From NCBI GenBank assembly GCA_040285825.1, contig JAUPSS010000001.1, positions 1,984,001 through 2,048,000 on the forward strand: a DNA stretch of 64,000 nt, given 5' to 3'. The stretch comes from Eukaryota sp. TZLM1-RC (lineage: Eukaryota; Protista; Metamonada: BaSk clade). Made by a program: the position numbers and the translations under genes. The notes beneath the pieces were generated by a model. It had not been told where the DNA came from. It did not search any database and was given only the letters and a program-made list of their open reading frames with translations. Below are positions 23,735 through 35,793 of the stretch, one piece after another. Positions within the stretch are counted from its first letter, which is position 1. Each line of letters opens with the position of its first letter.

Positions 23735-25144
23735 ATGGTCTTTGGGGAACACATCATCCATCACAGGCGTGCCCAAGAAGATACACGTCGCTCCTACATC
23801 GACTACACCACTACCCAACACAAACTTTGTTCTGTGGCTTCATTTGAAGAACGTGTGCATAAACATGACCAAAAACGTCAACTTTCACAACACTACAACT
23901 CTCTTCTCAATGAAAAAAGGGCCTCTCTTGACTCTCGTCGCCGTCGCCTAGCTGCTCGTTATGCCACAGATCTTGAATCATGGCTAGCTGGACTTAAAAA
24001 TCTACAAGAACCTCCTGAAGCACGCCGACAACGCATCATGACACAAGCTCGGTCTCTCCAACAATCTCGTCTAGCTGCTAGTAAGAAGGAAGCTGAAGAA
24101 AAGGAACAACTGCGTTGGGAACAATCATGTGATGCTCTGAGAAGCGCGAAATCTCAACTTTTGGCGGAAGAAACGGCTCGTCTCTGGGCTCTACAAATAG
24201 ATGAGAAGAAAGCGAGGGAATCTATGGATAATGAAATCAATGGTATCTTTGACTCACTTGCGTTGGAAAATGATAAAAAGCGTGTAGAAGAAGAAAAGAG
24301 AAAAGAAAAGGATCGTAAAGATCGTGATGCCAAGGGAAAAATCGAACTTGACCGGCAAATGGAAATCAAGGTCAATCAGGAACGTGAGTTGCAGTTAGAA
24401 AAGGAAGCTGAATTGAAAAAGTTGAGGGATTTGTGGGAGAAGGAGGAAGAAAATACGATTTTATTGGAGGAAATGAAACAAAAAGAAGCGGCTGATTTAA
24501 GATTTGAATTAAATCGTATTAATAAATTAATCCAAGACGAAAAAAATCGAAAATTATTAGAAGAAGCTAAAAAGGATCGTGAAATTTTAGAACATCAAAT
24601 TAAACAAGCTGAACTAGAAGATGCTAAAGAACATTACAAAGCTCAACTGAAAAAACAACGTGAGCAAGAATCATTCAGGAATAATCAATTGTTGAAGCAA
24701 AAAATTCAAGAAGATGAAGCCACCATTGATCGTCTGTGTCAGGAAGCTGCTGATAAAGAATTTGCGAGGAGAGAGGCACGTTGGAGAATGGAGGAGGAGG
24801 CAAGAAGAAAGCTGTTGGAAGAATGTGATGCTTTCAGAAGAAATGAGATTAAAAAGAGGATAGAAGGGTACGAGAAGAAGAGAGAAGATGAGAGGAAGGA
24901 GGCAGCTGAGATTAATGCTATGTTGAGGAAGGCTGAGCTGATGGAGAGAGAGGAAGAGGTGAAGAAAAGGTTTGAAGCAATTGAGTTGGCAAAGTTTCAG
25001 AAAGAGCAGCAATTGGAGAAGGAAAAAGTCTGTGAATTGGAAAAAGAGAAAAAGTTAAAAGAGGAAAAAGAAATGTTGAGAAAGAATGCTGAAGAAGAAC
25101 AGAAAATTAGAGAATATTTGGCAATGTCGAGGAGCAAAAGGTGA
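23735..25144 (+). CDS. CFAP53: Axonemal TPH-domain coiled-coil protein, CFAP53-like
   Basis: 469-aa E/K/R coiled coil; LDSRRRRLA, M..AR.L, WEQSCDALR pattern. Confidence 0.65.
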   Translation: MVFGEHIIHHRRAQEDTRRSYIDYTTTQHKLCSVASFEERVHKHDQKRQLSQHYNSLLNEKRASLDSRRRRLAARYATDLESWLAGLKNLQEPPEARRQRIMTQARSLQQSRLAASKKEAEEKEQLRWEQSCDALRSAKSQLLAEETARLWALQIDEKKARESMDNEINGIFDSLALENDKKRVEEEKRKEKDRKDRDAKGKIELDRQMEIKVNQERELQLEKEAELKKLRDLWEKEEENTILLEEMKQKEAADLRFELNRINKLIQDEKNRKLLEEAKKDREILEHQIKQAELEDAKEHYKAQLKKQREQESFRNNQLLKQKIQEDEATIDRLCQEAADKEFARREARWRMEEEARRKLLEECDAFRRNEIKKRIEGYEKKREDERKEAAEINAMLRKAELMEREEEVKKRFEAIELAKFQKEQQLEKEKVCELEKEKKLKEEKEMLRKNAEEEQKIREYLAMSRSKR

Positions 25145-25550
25145 TTTTTAATAAATTAATTGTACTTTTTTTGGGGTTTATTGTCCTATTATCAACAACT
25201 TGTTTAATGCAGCAGATATAAATGGATTTACATTGAATTTCAAATTAAAATTGCTCATTTTCACAGTGCTCTAAGAATTCAGCAATGCTGAAGCTGGGGG
25301 TGTTTTTCACCGATTGATGATGAATGAAAAGGCTCACATCGACGTTGAAAAGGCAAATGTCCAATCTACATTTACATAAGGAAGGGAAATCAAATATCAA
25401 AGAGGAAAAGTCGTTTTCATAAGAAACAACATTGATAGATTGTTGAGGAATTAATCATTCAATATCAAAACGTAAACACAAAAAAACAAAATAAAAAATG
25501 ACAAAACAAAATAAAAAATGACAAAAATGACAAAAAATTTATTGTCTAAA

Positions 25551-27930
25551 CTACAGTTCTTCTTCAAAAGCTTCTTCAAAAACCTCCTCCTGAGGTTCAT
25601 CAAAATCTACCTCATAGTCGTCTTCTACTTCCTCCTCTGCTTCTTCCACTTCCTCTTCAACAACATCAGATGCCTTGACAATGTTCTTCATGATTGCTTC
25701 CATATCGACCTTATTGGAAGCAACTCCCAAATCATGAGAAAGAATTTTGTAAATCCTTGAAGCAAGTGCATTATAATCCGAGTATTCATAACCGGCTTGC
25801 AATAATGCAGCATCGTGTAACAGATGAATTGCAGATTTAATTTCTTCCTCAAGATTCTTGATCTGATCAGCATCCAAATCAGCTTCAAAAGTGTCTTCAG
25901 ATTCGTTTTCATCGGGCAAAAGTGCAAATTTGTCCTTCAAGCCAACTAAAACAGGGTGATAAGGGTTGATTTCAAGAATTCTACGTTGAGAATAGCCAGG
26001 AATCTTCTGAGAAGGGTCCAACTGTTGTTGTTGTCTGATCAAACGTTCCATGTTGGCACTAGCAGAACCAGTAGGATGAACCAAAGTAGCTGGTGAAGAG
26101 ACCAACCTCTTAGAGACTACCACTTTTTCAACGTCATTTTCTAATACAGTCTTCATATACTTTCGAACAGGCTCAAATTCCGTTTCCAAACGTTCAAAAT
26201 CAGGATTGTCGTCCTTTTCGTTAGCCTTGACGTCTTCCTTTGAAGCTGGAACAATCTCATGCTCGTCAAATCTGCCGACCGAAGCAACAGCAGGTTCATC
26301 CAAGGGGTCAGTGAATACTATAACTTCATAACCAGCCAGATGTAATTGTTCAACAAAAGGAAGAGAAAGACCACTTTCCAAAGAGTCAGCAACCACATAA
26401 TAAATCTGAGTTTGATGAGAGGGCATTCTTTCGATATATTCTTCAAAGGAAGTGGTATTATCCTTACCTGTGTGGGAAGAAGGGAATCTCATTAATCTTG
26501 AAAGTTTTTCTCTTGATTTAGTATCTTCAATCATTCCGACCTTGAGGAAACGGCCAAAATCGTTATAAAACTTGCTATACTCTTCAGGTTGATCCTTTGC
26601 GAGCTTCTTGAGCATATCAAGAGCTTTCTTTACTAATCTGTTTTGAATGGCCCTCAGAGCTTTGGTTTTTTGTAATTGTTCTCTTGATACATTCAAGGGC
26701 AAATCATCGGAATCGACAATACCCTTCAAGAAATTAAGCCAGCGAGGTAATAAATCAACCAAATCATCACCTATAAAGACACGCTTAACATAAAGACGAA
26801 GTTTGCATCGTTCAAATTCATCAATCAGATTGGTCACGTGATGCGATGGGACAAATAAAAGACCTCTAAATTCGTATTCTCCCTCTGCCTTGAAATGAGT
26901 ATAAGTGAGGGGGTCTTCTTCGTCGTTGCTTATTGACTTGTAAAAATCATTATATTCTTCCTGTTCGACTTCTCTTGGAGGTCTCATCCAGATAGCTGGT
27001 TGGTCGTTGATATGACGATAGTAAAACTTCTTTACCATTCTAGTTTTGGGAGTTTCCTCTTCTTTTTGATCTTCAACGTCATCATTTTGATCCACATCAT
27101 CACTTACTTCTTCTTCTTCTTCTTGACTAATCTCGACCTCCTCAGCAGGTATTTCTTCTTCAACCTCTTCATAATCATACAAATAAATAGGATAGGTAAT
27201 GAAACCAGAGTACTTCTTAATCAAACCTTCAAGCTTTACCATACCGAGATACTCATCTGCGTCTTCCTTCAAGTCTAATTCAATAGTAGTTCCTCTCACG
27301 ACAGAGAGATAGTCTTCATCAGTCTCTTCATAAATAGAGTATCCTTCCCGAGCGTCACTCTGCCACACTAAATGTGTATCATTGTTGTGTTTGGTGTGAA
27401 CGGTGATGAGGTCAGAGACGAGGAAGAGAGAGTAAAAACCAACACCAAATTGACCAATAGCATTCATATCTTGGGCTTTCATGGCCTCTACAAACTGTTG
27501 GGTTCCAGAGTTGGCAATGCGGCCAAGATAGTCGGAGAGGTGGGCGCGAGTGAGACCAGTACCGGTGTCGCTGATGTATAACTTACGAGTGTCATTGTCA
27601 GCGCGAATGCGAATATCCAAGCGGGTGAGGTCTCCGAGGGCCGAGGGGTCCTGGAGAGAGAGGTGGCGCATGCGGTCAATGGCGTCAGAAGCGTTGGAGA
27701 TGGCTTCACGGAGAAAAATGTCGGAGTTGGACTAAAGTTAGACAAAGGGATGGACGACATACATAAAGAGAATGGATAATGAGCTCCATAAGTCGAGACA
27801 CTTCGGCTGTGAAGGAGTGCTTCTCAGTGTTGGGAGGAGTAGGCGTTTCAGTTGGATTGGGGTCTGTGGTGTCTGCCATGACGGCGGAGACACATAGTGC
27901 CAAAAACGCTATGTATAGAATGTTGCGCAT
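25551..27930 (-). CDS. HSP90B1: ER Hsp90 (GRP94/endoplasmin); exons 27763-27930 and 25551-27731
   Basis: Signal peptide; FTAEVSRLMELIIHSLY|SNSDIFLREAISNASDA after removing a 31-nt intron; IGQFGVGFYS, DSDDLPLNVSRE; ends EEEL. Confidence 0.92.
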
Positions 27931-28719
27931 GTGGATTTGTGATTGTAGGGAAAATTATTGACTTTAAAATTTGCTTTGTCAGCGTGAGCTGTAACTTTTC
28001 ACTTTGTCAAACTTTTGAAAGTCTGAAATTGTTACCGATTAGTTTTCCCCAAGACAAGAGTTCACACTTTTGAGAAACTCATCATTTTCTTCATTTCCCC
28101 TCCAACTTGCAAATTAGAATTCAAAAAGTGTGAAGAAAACATCGTCAAGTTTCTCTATCTATGTGGTTTTCCACAAACAGAAAATCAATGTGGTACACTT
28201 ATCAACAATGAGAGTAGGACTGCCTGTGTAAAGCATTCAGTAATTGATGTTTCAAGTCTATATTCGATATTTAGAGCAACTTATAACGAATCAAAACGTT
28301 GTTCGATTGTCATGATTTATACTGGGTGGAATTCATTTGGTTTTAATAGATTTGTTTTATATATTCACACGAAATTGTTTAAAACTAAAAATCTATTTCC
28401 CCAAAATCGACGTCCACCACTGAAAATTTATTTTCTGCCTTTTCTTCATAAAATCTTCCTATTGATAACAAAGAGCTAGAAACAAGGTTATGCATCCCTT
28501 TTAAGATAGAAAGAATGATTCTAATTTGCAGGAAGATTCGATCAACTGTTCTTCCAATTCGATTCTTGACAATTGTAGAAAAACGGTCTAAAAAAGATAA
28601 AGTAGTTTTACCAAAGTACTAAATAGTGAAAATGCAAAGGGAAAAGAAGTACTACATCGTCAAGTAATCTTTTTTGGTCTACTTCTACTTGATATCATTG
28701 TACTATTTATTCTGTCCTG

Positions 28720-29031
28720 ATGACATCTCAGTCTGTGATTATTGATTTTCCAGAGTATGCTGGCACATCATTCATGGACAATGAATCTTCCATGACCATA
28801 CATGAGATAACCTCCAAAAATCCTTTCTGCACCGTCAATGGTGTCCATTTTGTGGGAGAATGGAAGTATATCCTGGGCTCAGGTATGATTGTCTCGAATG
28901 AATATGCTAGTGATATCAAAACTGTTGTGACCAAGAAGTTGGTGTTCAAACGAGTAGTACCTTTTCCCCCCAAAACACAACAGGCAGGTTTTGTGGAATC
29001 TTTACCCAAGATGACTCCTCCTCCCTGTTGA
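28720..29031 (+). CDS. TFIIIC triple-barrel subunit (GTF3C6/Tfc7-like)
   Basis: I..I.S.NP..TVNG..F.GEW...LGS.MI and TKKLVFKRV resemble the TFIIIC_sub6 pattern. Confidence 0.55.
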   Translation: MTSQSVIIDFPEYAGTSFMDNESSMTIHEITSKNPFCTVNGVHFVGEWKYILGSGMIVSNEYASDIKTVVTKKLVFKRVVPFPPKTQQAGFVESLPKMTPPPC

Positions 29032-29706
29032 TGCCCTGCATCAACATTTGTGTATAGTTATGTTTTTTTGTGTTTGATAGGTCCATTGGGTGGGAGTTGA
29101 GTACTTTTTACAGTGACACTGGTTTTAGTCCATAAGATATCATCATGTGTGTCTTTTTTTTGGTCATTTCAGTGTCAATGATTGATCTTACCGCAATTGG
29201 TACATCATCTATATTCATAAATAGTATTTTTCAAGATTTTTCACTGTTACAGATGTCATGACCACACCATAATTCAAACTAACTGGCCAATAGACTGATG
29301 GTTAAGTTACAGTTTGCATTTAGTACACATTTTGGTACATTGCTTTTCAAAACATGGGGGAACCACGAAGAACCAAAACCGCAAGCTTCTGATTAAATAT
29401 TTCAAACAGTTAATGACTCACTATTTCGGCATATTTAAGTAAATTTAGTTATATATTTGGGTAAATTCCCTGCTCCTTTTTGACCTGTTGCCATTGGAAG
29501 TATCAATTGAATTCTTTGGAAATTTGGCTAAATTTAGTTTACAATCCTATGAAACAGTAATCAAGTCCAAACAGTAATCCAAACATAATCACTGATTTTG
29601 ATAACCTAGTATCCCACTTGTGAGTAATCCCAAAGAATGACCAGAATTGGAGAGAATCAAATTCATATAATCAATTTTGATTGGTTTATAAATTATAATA
29701 GTACTT

Positions 29707-30033
29707 ATGCGAAGCGGTCTGTTGTTGCTTTTGCTCTTGATAGCACATACGGTCTCGGCCAGTACGTTGTATCAAGTTCAGATACGTAACCGAAGTTTGA
29801 CTACTCTGACGTACAAATCATTTGGTACTACAGGTCGCTGGGAAAGCAAGCCAGCTGAACGTATACTGCCATTAACCTTCTCCAATGCTATCTCATCTGG
29901 TTCCTCCAGCAGAGCGCACTATCAACAAGGTGCTGTTGTTCAATGGGGTGTTGACGGCTGTGAGTGCTCTGGATGTGATTGTACTGTCCAGGTAGTCTCT
30001 GATCGAGCTTGGATAGTGGACTTCAAATGTTGA
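29707..30033 (+). CDS. Small secreted beta-rich protein, possibly aegerolysin-like
   Basis: Signal peptide; V.I.N.S...L......G.W...P...I.P pattern; Cys cluster near the C-terminus. Confidence 0.5.
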   Translation: MRSGLLLLLLLIAHTVSASTLYQVQIRNRSLTTLTYKSFGTTGRWESKPAERILPLTFSNAISSGSSSRAHYQQGAVVQWGVDGCECSGCDCTVQVVSDRAWIVDFKC

Positions 30034-31009
30034 TCTATTTTCTAGTATTTTATTCATCATTGTAGTGTTAGTGCAAGCACTGTTGTCCAGTCAGGATGAC
30101 GTGTCATAGCATCTTATTTTTGGTATCTTTGCATAAACTTATTCTTGGTCTCTTGAATTTTCCATTAACGTTTTCAAATAGTATAGTAAATGTGGTAAAG
30201 GTCACTAACTTTACCTCTTCTCTTCAAATATCATAGCCTCAATTGGACTGGACAATCAAGATTATCAAATTAAATTAAAAACATTCTTTCTGACATTGAA
30301 TCCAGAGTTCCGGGGCAAATACTATCCAGAAACAGTGGAATTTATTGACGAGGAAAAAAAACAAAATTGCTTTTATTTTCAAATTTTATTAGCCACAACT
30401 GAACTGTCACCATAATGAAAGAATTAATTGTGTAACTTGAACATATTCAATGTGTTCAATATTAAATCTCACATATGTTCAATTCAACTTTTTTAAATTG
30501 AAAGTTTTTGGGCTAAATTTAGTTGTCAAATGTGTTTAAAATTCAACCATCAAGAAATAATAATAATAATTTCGTTATCTTAGATACACCGTTTGAAGTG
30601 GGAAACAGCAGAAGGTCAAACAGAGTTTTAGTCGATGGCGACTTTTCTGACACAGTTGACCATTATCAATTTTTTTTGGATACTTTTAATAGTTGCAAGT
30701 TTAATTCGTTTGAAGTAAAAGTCAATGGGAATCATCTATTGCTATCTGGTTCTGATTCTGTCCATTCTCTTGTCAATAAGGTGTCGGAATTGATCAGTTT
30801 AATTAATTTTAATTAATTTTTTGATCATTTTCTAAGTTCCAAAGTTACTCAACATGATTTCTTTTTTTTGTAAACTGTATTTTTATTTAACTAAAATTCT
30901 GTCTTACATGATTTCTGATAACTTAATCTTGTATTGATTGGGACATTAATGCCCTCACAACAATTTCCTCCTAATACCTTACCGATAATAAAGACAAATG
31001 ACACACAAA

Positions 31010-31315
31010 AGGGGACAAATTGTGAAAATTGACATCAAGAATGGAAGATTATCAGAAGAAGCAGAGTCTTTTTGAATGATTTCCAAAAAAATGGTTCAAG
31101 AAAAAACAATGAAAAGATTTGAATATCTATTATGGCGCGCTCGAATTCAATTTGGCATTATAAATAGATTACCTCGGTGTTTCAATCGAATTAGAGAAGC
31201 TTTAGCTAGACAGCAAGCAGATCAAGATTTTGTAGATGAAATCTTGATTCAATGAATTTCGTCCCATTAGTAATGATTTTTTTTGTTAAGTGTGGAGGTT
31301 TCATTAAAAAAAGTT
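31010..31315 (+). mobile_element. Family C-related 3' fragment
   Basis: Similar to 39885-40150. Confidence 0.8.
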
Positions 31316-31384
31316 ACCATCAAGAGAGAAAGAAATTTATAATACACTTAAAACAATTTTCTGTTACCCTAACCCTAACACTAA

Positions 31385-34300
31385 CTATTGGAACTTTGTG
31401 CTCAACTTCACAAGTGTTTTTCCAATATTCGAACGATGTCGAATAGCCAAAAACTTCAACTTCAATGACAACATTTTCCACAACAATCTTCCTTTGAAAA
31501 GATAACCCCCAAAAGGCAGCCTGCAATCATCCGGCACCAAAGAGGAAAGTGTCCATATGAAGGAAACAAAATCTGAAGCATCTCTAGCAACAAAATCAAC
31601 TGTTCTATTAGAAATAACAAGAGAAACGCAAAGATGAACATCCAAAAGGCGATCCTTGATGAAATTGGCAGATGTAGGGGTAGATGGACCGAGAATAATG
31701 GCTTCTATTTCAGCGTACTTGACAAACGACTTTAGAGGTACTTTAGCCGGTCTTGCCGTCTTCTTTGTCCAAAACAAAAGTGAATCGTCAAAGAAAACTA
31801 CTCTTTTTCCTGGACTTCCTCCATTAAATGGTAGTTTAAGCAATGTTAGACCATTGTGGAAGACGTGTTGGGCTGCTTGAGCCATTTGGGTTGAGAGTTG
31901 GTCTATCTGGTCTTGAAAAATTTCTGGTTTTGGATCATTTGAATCTGATTCAAAATCTAAAGTGGTGTTGTTGATTCTTACAGATTTTGCACCTTCATTG
32001 GTGTAAATGATGTCTAAGGGGTCATTTACATCATAATCAAAGTCATCATCGACATTTTGAAGGTCGGGGTGGGGATCAGAAACACCAATCTCCAAATTTT
32101 CGTCATCTAATCCTTCCTTTTCCAAATTTTCGTCATCTAATCCTTCCTTTTCCAAATTTTCGTCATCTAATCCTTCCTTTTCCAAATTTTCATCACCTAA
32201 TTGTTCCTTTTCCAAATTTTCAACTTGTTTATCCATAATCTCTTCTTCAAAATCACCAAACATTCCTGTTTCTTGGAGAACAGATTTTAGCCTTTCTTGG
32301 CTTGGGGGTTCATCATCATTAACCAAATAGACCTCACCTATGTCATCATTTTCTTCAAAATTCTGATCTAGTCTTGGAGATGCTTTTTGACCTGATTGTT
32401 CTGAATTTTGGCCCTCTATTTGTGGTGATTTTTCATTAGGGATATCCACATGTAAGTTCTGAGATTGGGAATTTGATTGATTGTTGACTGTCTGACCGTC
32501 ATCATCGACACAATCAGAGTCAGTGATTGATTTACTGTTAGCGCTTTTGGTAGTTTTGGAACCAAGAAAAACCAAATCATTTGATTGGAAATTTGATTGA
32601 AAAGAGTTTGTGTCACAAAGAAAATTTGGTCCTGTATTTTCGACAGAGCTGTCAGTATCTGTGTCACTTTGATTGGATGATCTCTTCTCAACGGAATTGC
32701 TCAAATTTTGAACTTCTGGCTCACTGTCACTCAAAAATTCCACAGTGTCAGAATCACTTGACATGTCAGGGGGTAAAAGATTCTTTGATTGATTGAGCTG
32801 TTCTTCCAAATTTTCATTCTCCAAATTTTCATGCAGTGAAACTTCACAAGAGCTACAGCTTTGACTGACATCTACATTTTCGTTCAAATTCGTATTGAGC
32901 TCTTCCTCTAAATTGATCTCTTCTTCTAAATTTTCAGTTATTTGTTCTTTGGTCTTTTCTTCACCAACTAAATTTTGATCCAAATTCACAGCAGTCTCTG
33001 GTTCATCTGATTTTTTAATTATCTGCTGGGTGAAATCTGCTTCACCATCTAAATTTTCATCTAAATTTTCATTGATCTCTTCTTCAGAGTCTGATGATGA
33101 CTGAACATCCTTATCTTCGCTATTACCAACTATTGGAGTAGAGTAGATTTCCTTAATCAAAATCTGCTCTCCGTCTCCGTTTCCCTCTTGATTTAATTCT
33201 TCATTCTCTGATTTTACCTTGTCGACGGCAGAAGCTCCGTTATCTGACTTTAACATATTTAAGACCCGACTGGCAGTTTCTAACCTCTCGACATCATCAG
33301 TTTCCTCTAAATCATTGACCTTCATTGACTCATTGACATTAAGAGACCGAGCAAATGATTTTGACTGACTTTGTAAAAATACAGGTGTCGAGGTCATCAC
33401 ACGTGATTGACTTGATTGATTGGGAGCCGATTTGGGGGTTAAATACGATTTCGGACTTCCTATTTTGGAAACAATACTCTGTAACATTTCTCTTGCCTGA
33501 TTGGTATTATCAAAGCGTTTGTGACTGGAAACCTCCAATTTTGCCAGTCGAGTCAAGGCATTTCTTTCAGATTTTTGAGCCTTCATTGCCTGATCTTGAT
33601 ACCTCAACACTTCTTTCTGTAACTGTTCCATTTTCACTTCATTTTCGGCAATAATTTCTTCTTTTTCTGAAACAAGTTGGTCATTAAAATCAGCTAAATG
33701 TTGAATCTTTTCACCATAATCAACCAAAGTAGTCTTGTAGTCATTCAAACTGAGCATAGTTTCCTCTAATGATGATTGTAAATCAGAATTTGATTGATTA
33801 AGTCTTGCAAATTCTTCCTCATATTGACCTTCACGTGTCTCAAAATATGAAATTTTTGAATGGAGCTCATCAATTTGACCAACCATTGCTGCTTTGTCAC
33901 GTTCATAAGAGGCAATTCGGTATTCAAATGAAACTTTCTCATCCTCAAGTTTATGGATGTATTCATTCAGAGCTTCCAGTTGTGCACCAAGACTTCTGTT
34001 ATCCCTTCGCAAACGGTTTGCAATGTCGGTAGCTTCGTTCAGATCTTGGGTTAGTGAGACTTGGTCCGAGTTGGCCTTGATCATAGAAGAACGAAGAGAG
34101 GAAAGTTCGCTACGAAGAAGAGTGCAGTTACGGCATGGAGAGTGGGATTGTGGGGAGGAGGTCGTTTGGAGGCGACTTTCGAGTTGGGAGATGGTATGTT
34201 GAAGTGAGGTGTTTTCCTTGAGAACGTCACGAAGTTCATCACCCAGTTCGCGCAGGGCTTCGTGGCTCTTTTGGCGAAAGACATCATCTGCAGCCCGCTC

Positions 34301-34399
34301 CTGTTCAAGAAGACGGACTTTTCCTGTTGCAGCTTCAAGTTCTTTGCGGAGATATTGAACAGTTCGATGATCAGAACTGTTGGGAGAAAAGTGTGTCAT
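31385..34399 (-). CDS. Coiled-coil protein with acidic middle region and C-terminal PH-like domain
   Basis: 1004-aa ORF; C-terminal G.TLLK..GG.P.KRVVF...LFW, I..IILG, CVSLV..RTVDFVA....F..W.L. Confidence 0.75.
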   Translation of the reverse strand: MTHFSPNSSDHRTVQYLRKELEAATGKVRLLEQERAADDVFRQKSHEALRELGDELRDVLKENTSLQHTISQLESRLQTTSSPQSHSPCRNCTLLRSELSSLRSSMIKANSDQVSLTQDLNEATDIANRLRRDNRSLGAQLEALNEYIHKLEDEKVSFEYRIASYERDKAAMVGQIDELHSKISYFETREGQYEEEFARLNQSNSDLQSSLEETMLSLNDYKTTLVDYGEKIQHLADFNDQLVSEKEEIIAENEVKMEQLQKEVLRYQDQAMKAQKSERNALTRLAKLEVSSHKRFDNTNQAREMLQSIVSKIGSPKSYLTPKSAPNQSSQSRVMTSTPVFLQSQSKSFARSLNVNESMKVNDLEETDDVERLETASRVLNMLKSDNGASAVDKVKSENEELNQEGNGDGEQILIKEIYSTPIVGNSEDKDVQSSSDSEEEINENLDENLDGEADFTQQIIKKSDEPETAVNLDQNLVGEEKTKEQITENLEEEINLEEELNTNLNENVDVSQSCSSCEVSLHENLENENLEEQLNQSKNLLPPDMSSDSDTVEFLSDSEPEVQNLSNSVEKRSSNQSDTDTDSSVENTGPNFLCDTNSFQSNFQSNDLVFLGSKTTKSANSKSITDSDCVDDDGQTVNNQSNSQSQNLHVDIPNEKSPQIEGQNSEQSGQKASPRLDQNFEENDDIGEVYLVNDDEPPSQERLKSVLQETGMFGDFEEEIMDKQVENLEKEQLGDENLEKEGLDDENLEKEGLDDENLEKEGLDDENLEIGVSDPHPDLQNVDDDFDYDVNDPLDIIYTNEGAKSVRINNTTLDFESDSNDPKPEIFQDQIDQLSTQMAQAAQHVFHNGLTLLKLPFNGGSPGKRVVFFDDSLLFWTKKTARPAKVPLKSFVKYAEIEAIILGPSTPTSANFIKDRLLDVHLCVSLVISNRTVDFVARDASDFVSFIWTLSSLVPDDCRLPFGGYLFKGRLLWKMLSLKLKFLAIRHRSNIGKTLVKLSTKFQ
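32089..32222 (-). repeat. In-frame 30-bp tandem repeat (ENLEKEGLDD, about 4.5 copies)
   Basis: tccaaattttcgtcatctaatccttccttt repeated. Confidence 0.95.
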
Positions 34400-34494
34400 A
34401 TAACAACAAGTGAGTGATTGAGAGATGGATTGGAAGTATAAATGATCTGTCTAGTTGCTATGAAATTCAGTAATCGTCAATGTTTTTTTAACAA

Positions 34495-34985
34495 AAACTT
34501 TTTATTTCCAAGTCTAACAACACAACTAAACAAAAAACTAGAACTGACAATCCTAAATACACGCATCAACATCATCAACCCGCTTCAATGTGCGATTCTC
34601 AAACTCTATTCCCAATTGTAACAGTGCTTTTGTCAACATTTCTGGAATTGCTTTGAGAATACTGAAAACAATTCTATTGTGCCAGAAATTGAAGTTCAAT
34701 TCTTTTCCTGCTCTTTCTTTTATTAAACTTTTGAAACCTTCGAGAAATTTAATGCCAAATATTCCAATGTTCCCAAAAAGAGAAGCAGCAAATGGAAGCA
34801 GCTGGTACTTTACATGCTCAACACGTCCTAGCTGAGATAAGGGTTCATTGTACTTTTTCATTTTGTTTCTTTCAGCAAAGCAAAACGGAGTTTCATCCTT
34901 TTTGAAAAAATCAATTGCTGAATCCTTACAAACATCCACAGTGACAAGATCAACCTCTTTAATGATACTATCAGACCCAGGGCAT
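34495..34985 (-). mobile_element. Family E-related non-LTR 3' fragment (RLE)
   Basis: DLVTVDVCK, K.KKYNEPL, PFAASLFG, WHNRIVF; A-rich tail. Confidence 0.8.
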
Positions 34986-35023
34986 AACTTTCAGAGCATA
35001 ACGCAAAAAGTGAATTAATTTTT

Positions 35024-35095
35024 CTCGGTTACGGGGAATCGAACCCCGGCCTCCCGCGTGACAGGCGGGGATACTCACCACTATACTATAACCGA
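35024..35095 (-). tRNA. tRNA-Asp(GTC)
   Basis: 72 nt: acceptor TCGGTTA/TAACCGA plus G, anticodon arm CCCGC-CTGTCAC-GCGGG, T arm GGTTCGATTCC; T5 terminator at 35005-35009. Confidence 0.95.
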
Positions 35096-35206
35096 CCTTA
35101 CCTTTCATTCTAAAATTTTGGATGCCAAAAAAATTGGACGCCTATTAATTGGGCGATTTTTTTCTTATCGCCCAACTTTTTTGTCGTATCATATCATATA
35201 TCTATA

Positions 35207-35338
35207 AACAAGACTTTGATCTATTTTTAGAAACAAGGGCCAGAATTATGACGAAAAAATTGGGCGCCTATTAACAAGACTTTGATCTATTTTTAGAAAC
35301 AAGGGCCAGAATTATGACGAAAAAATTGGGCGTCTATT
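35207..35338. repeat. 66-bp tandem duplication inside the MITE
   Basis: Two near-identical copies starting at 35207 and 35273. Confidence 0.9.
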
Positions 35339-35793
35339 AATTGGGCTCAATTGTTCATGACTCAGTTCGTGATCAATTATATGCCATGTGCAAAAATTTC
35401 AATATAGAGGCATTTATTGAGCCACTAGTACGTAAGCTGTCTTCAGATCAAACTGATGATTCCTTTGGTAAAAGAAGGGCAGATTTAGTAGCTCCAGGGA
35501 TCGATGGTGTTCTCAATGTTATAGATGTTGTCTCAGTTTATGTTTTCAAAAATTCTGCTGCTCGTTTAGTGTATTCCGCTGATTCGCCGTTAACTAACGC
35601 CGAAAAAAAGAAGATAAAAAATATGAAGAACCTTTGGCACAGTTAGGTAGAGTGAAACATGTGAAATATCAGTTTTTGCCGTTTGCAATTTCTCTTTTTG
35701 GCAATATTGGACCTTCAGGGTTGCACTTTTTTGAAAATTTTGAAAAAGTGTTACTGAATAGGTCTGGTAAAACAATGAACTCCACTTTCTGGA

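Noticed and set aside
32089-35338. Tandem repeats as a CRISPR-like array
   Set aside because: There are no spacers; one is an in-frame coding repeat and the other a simple duplication.
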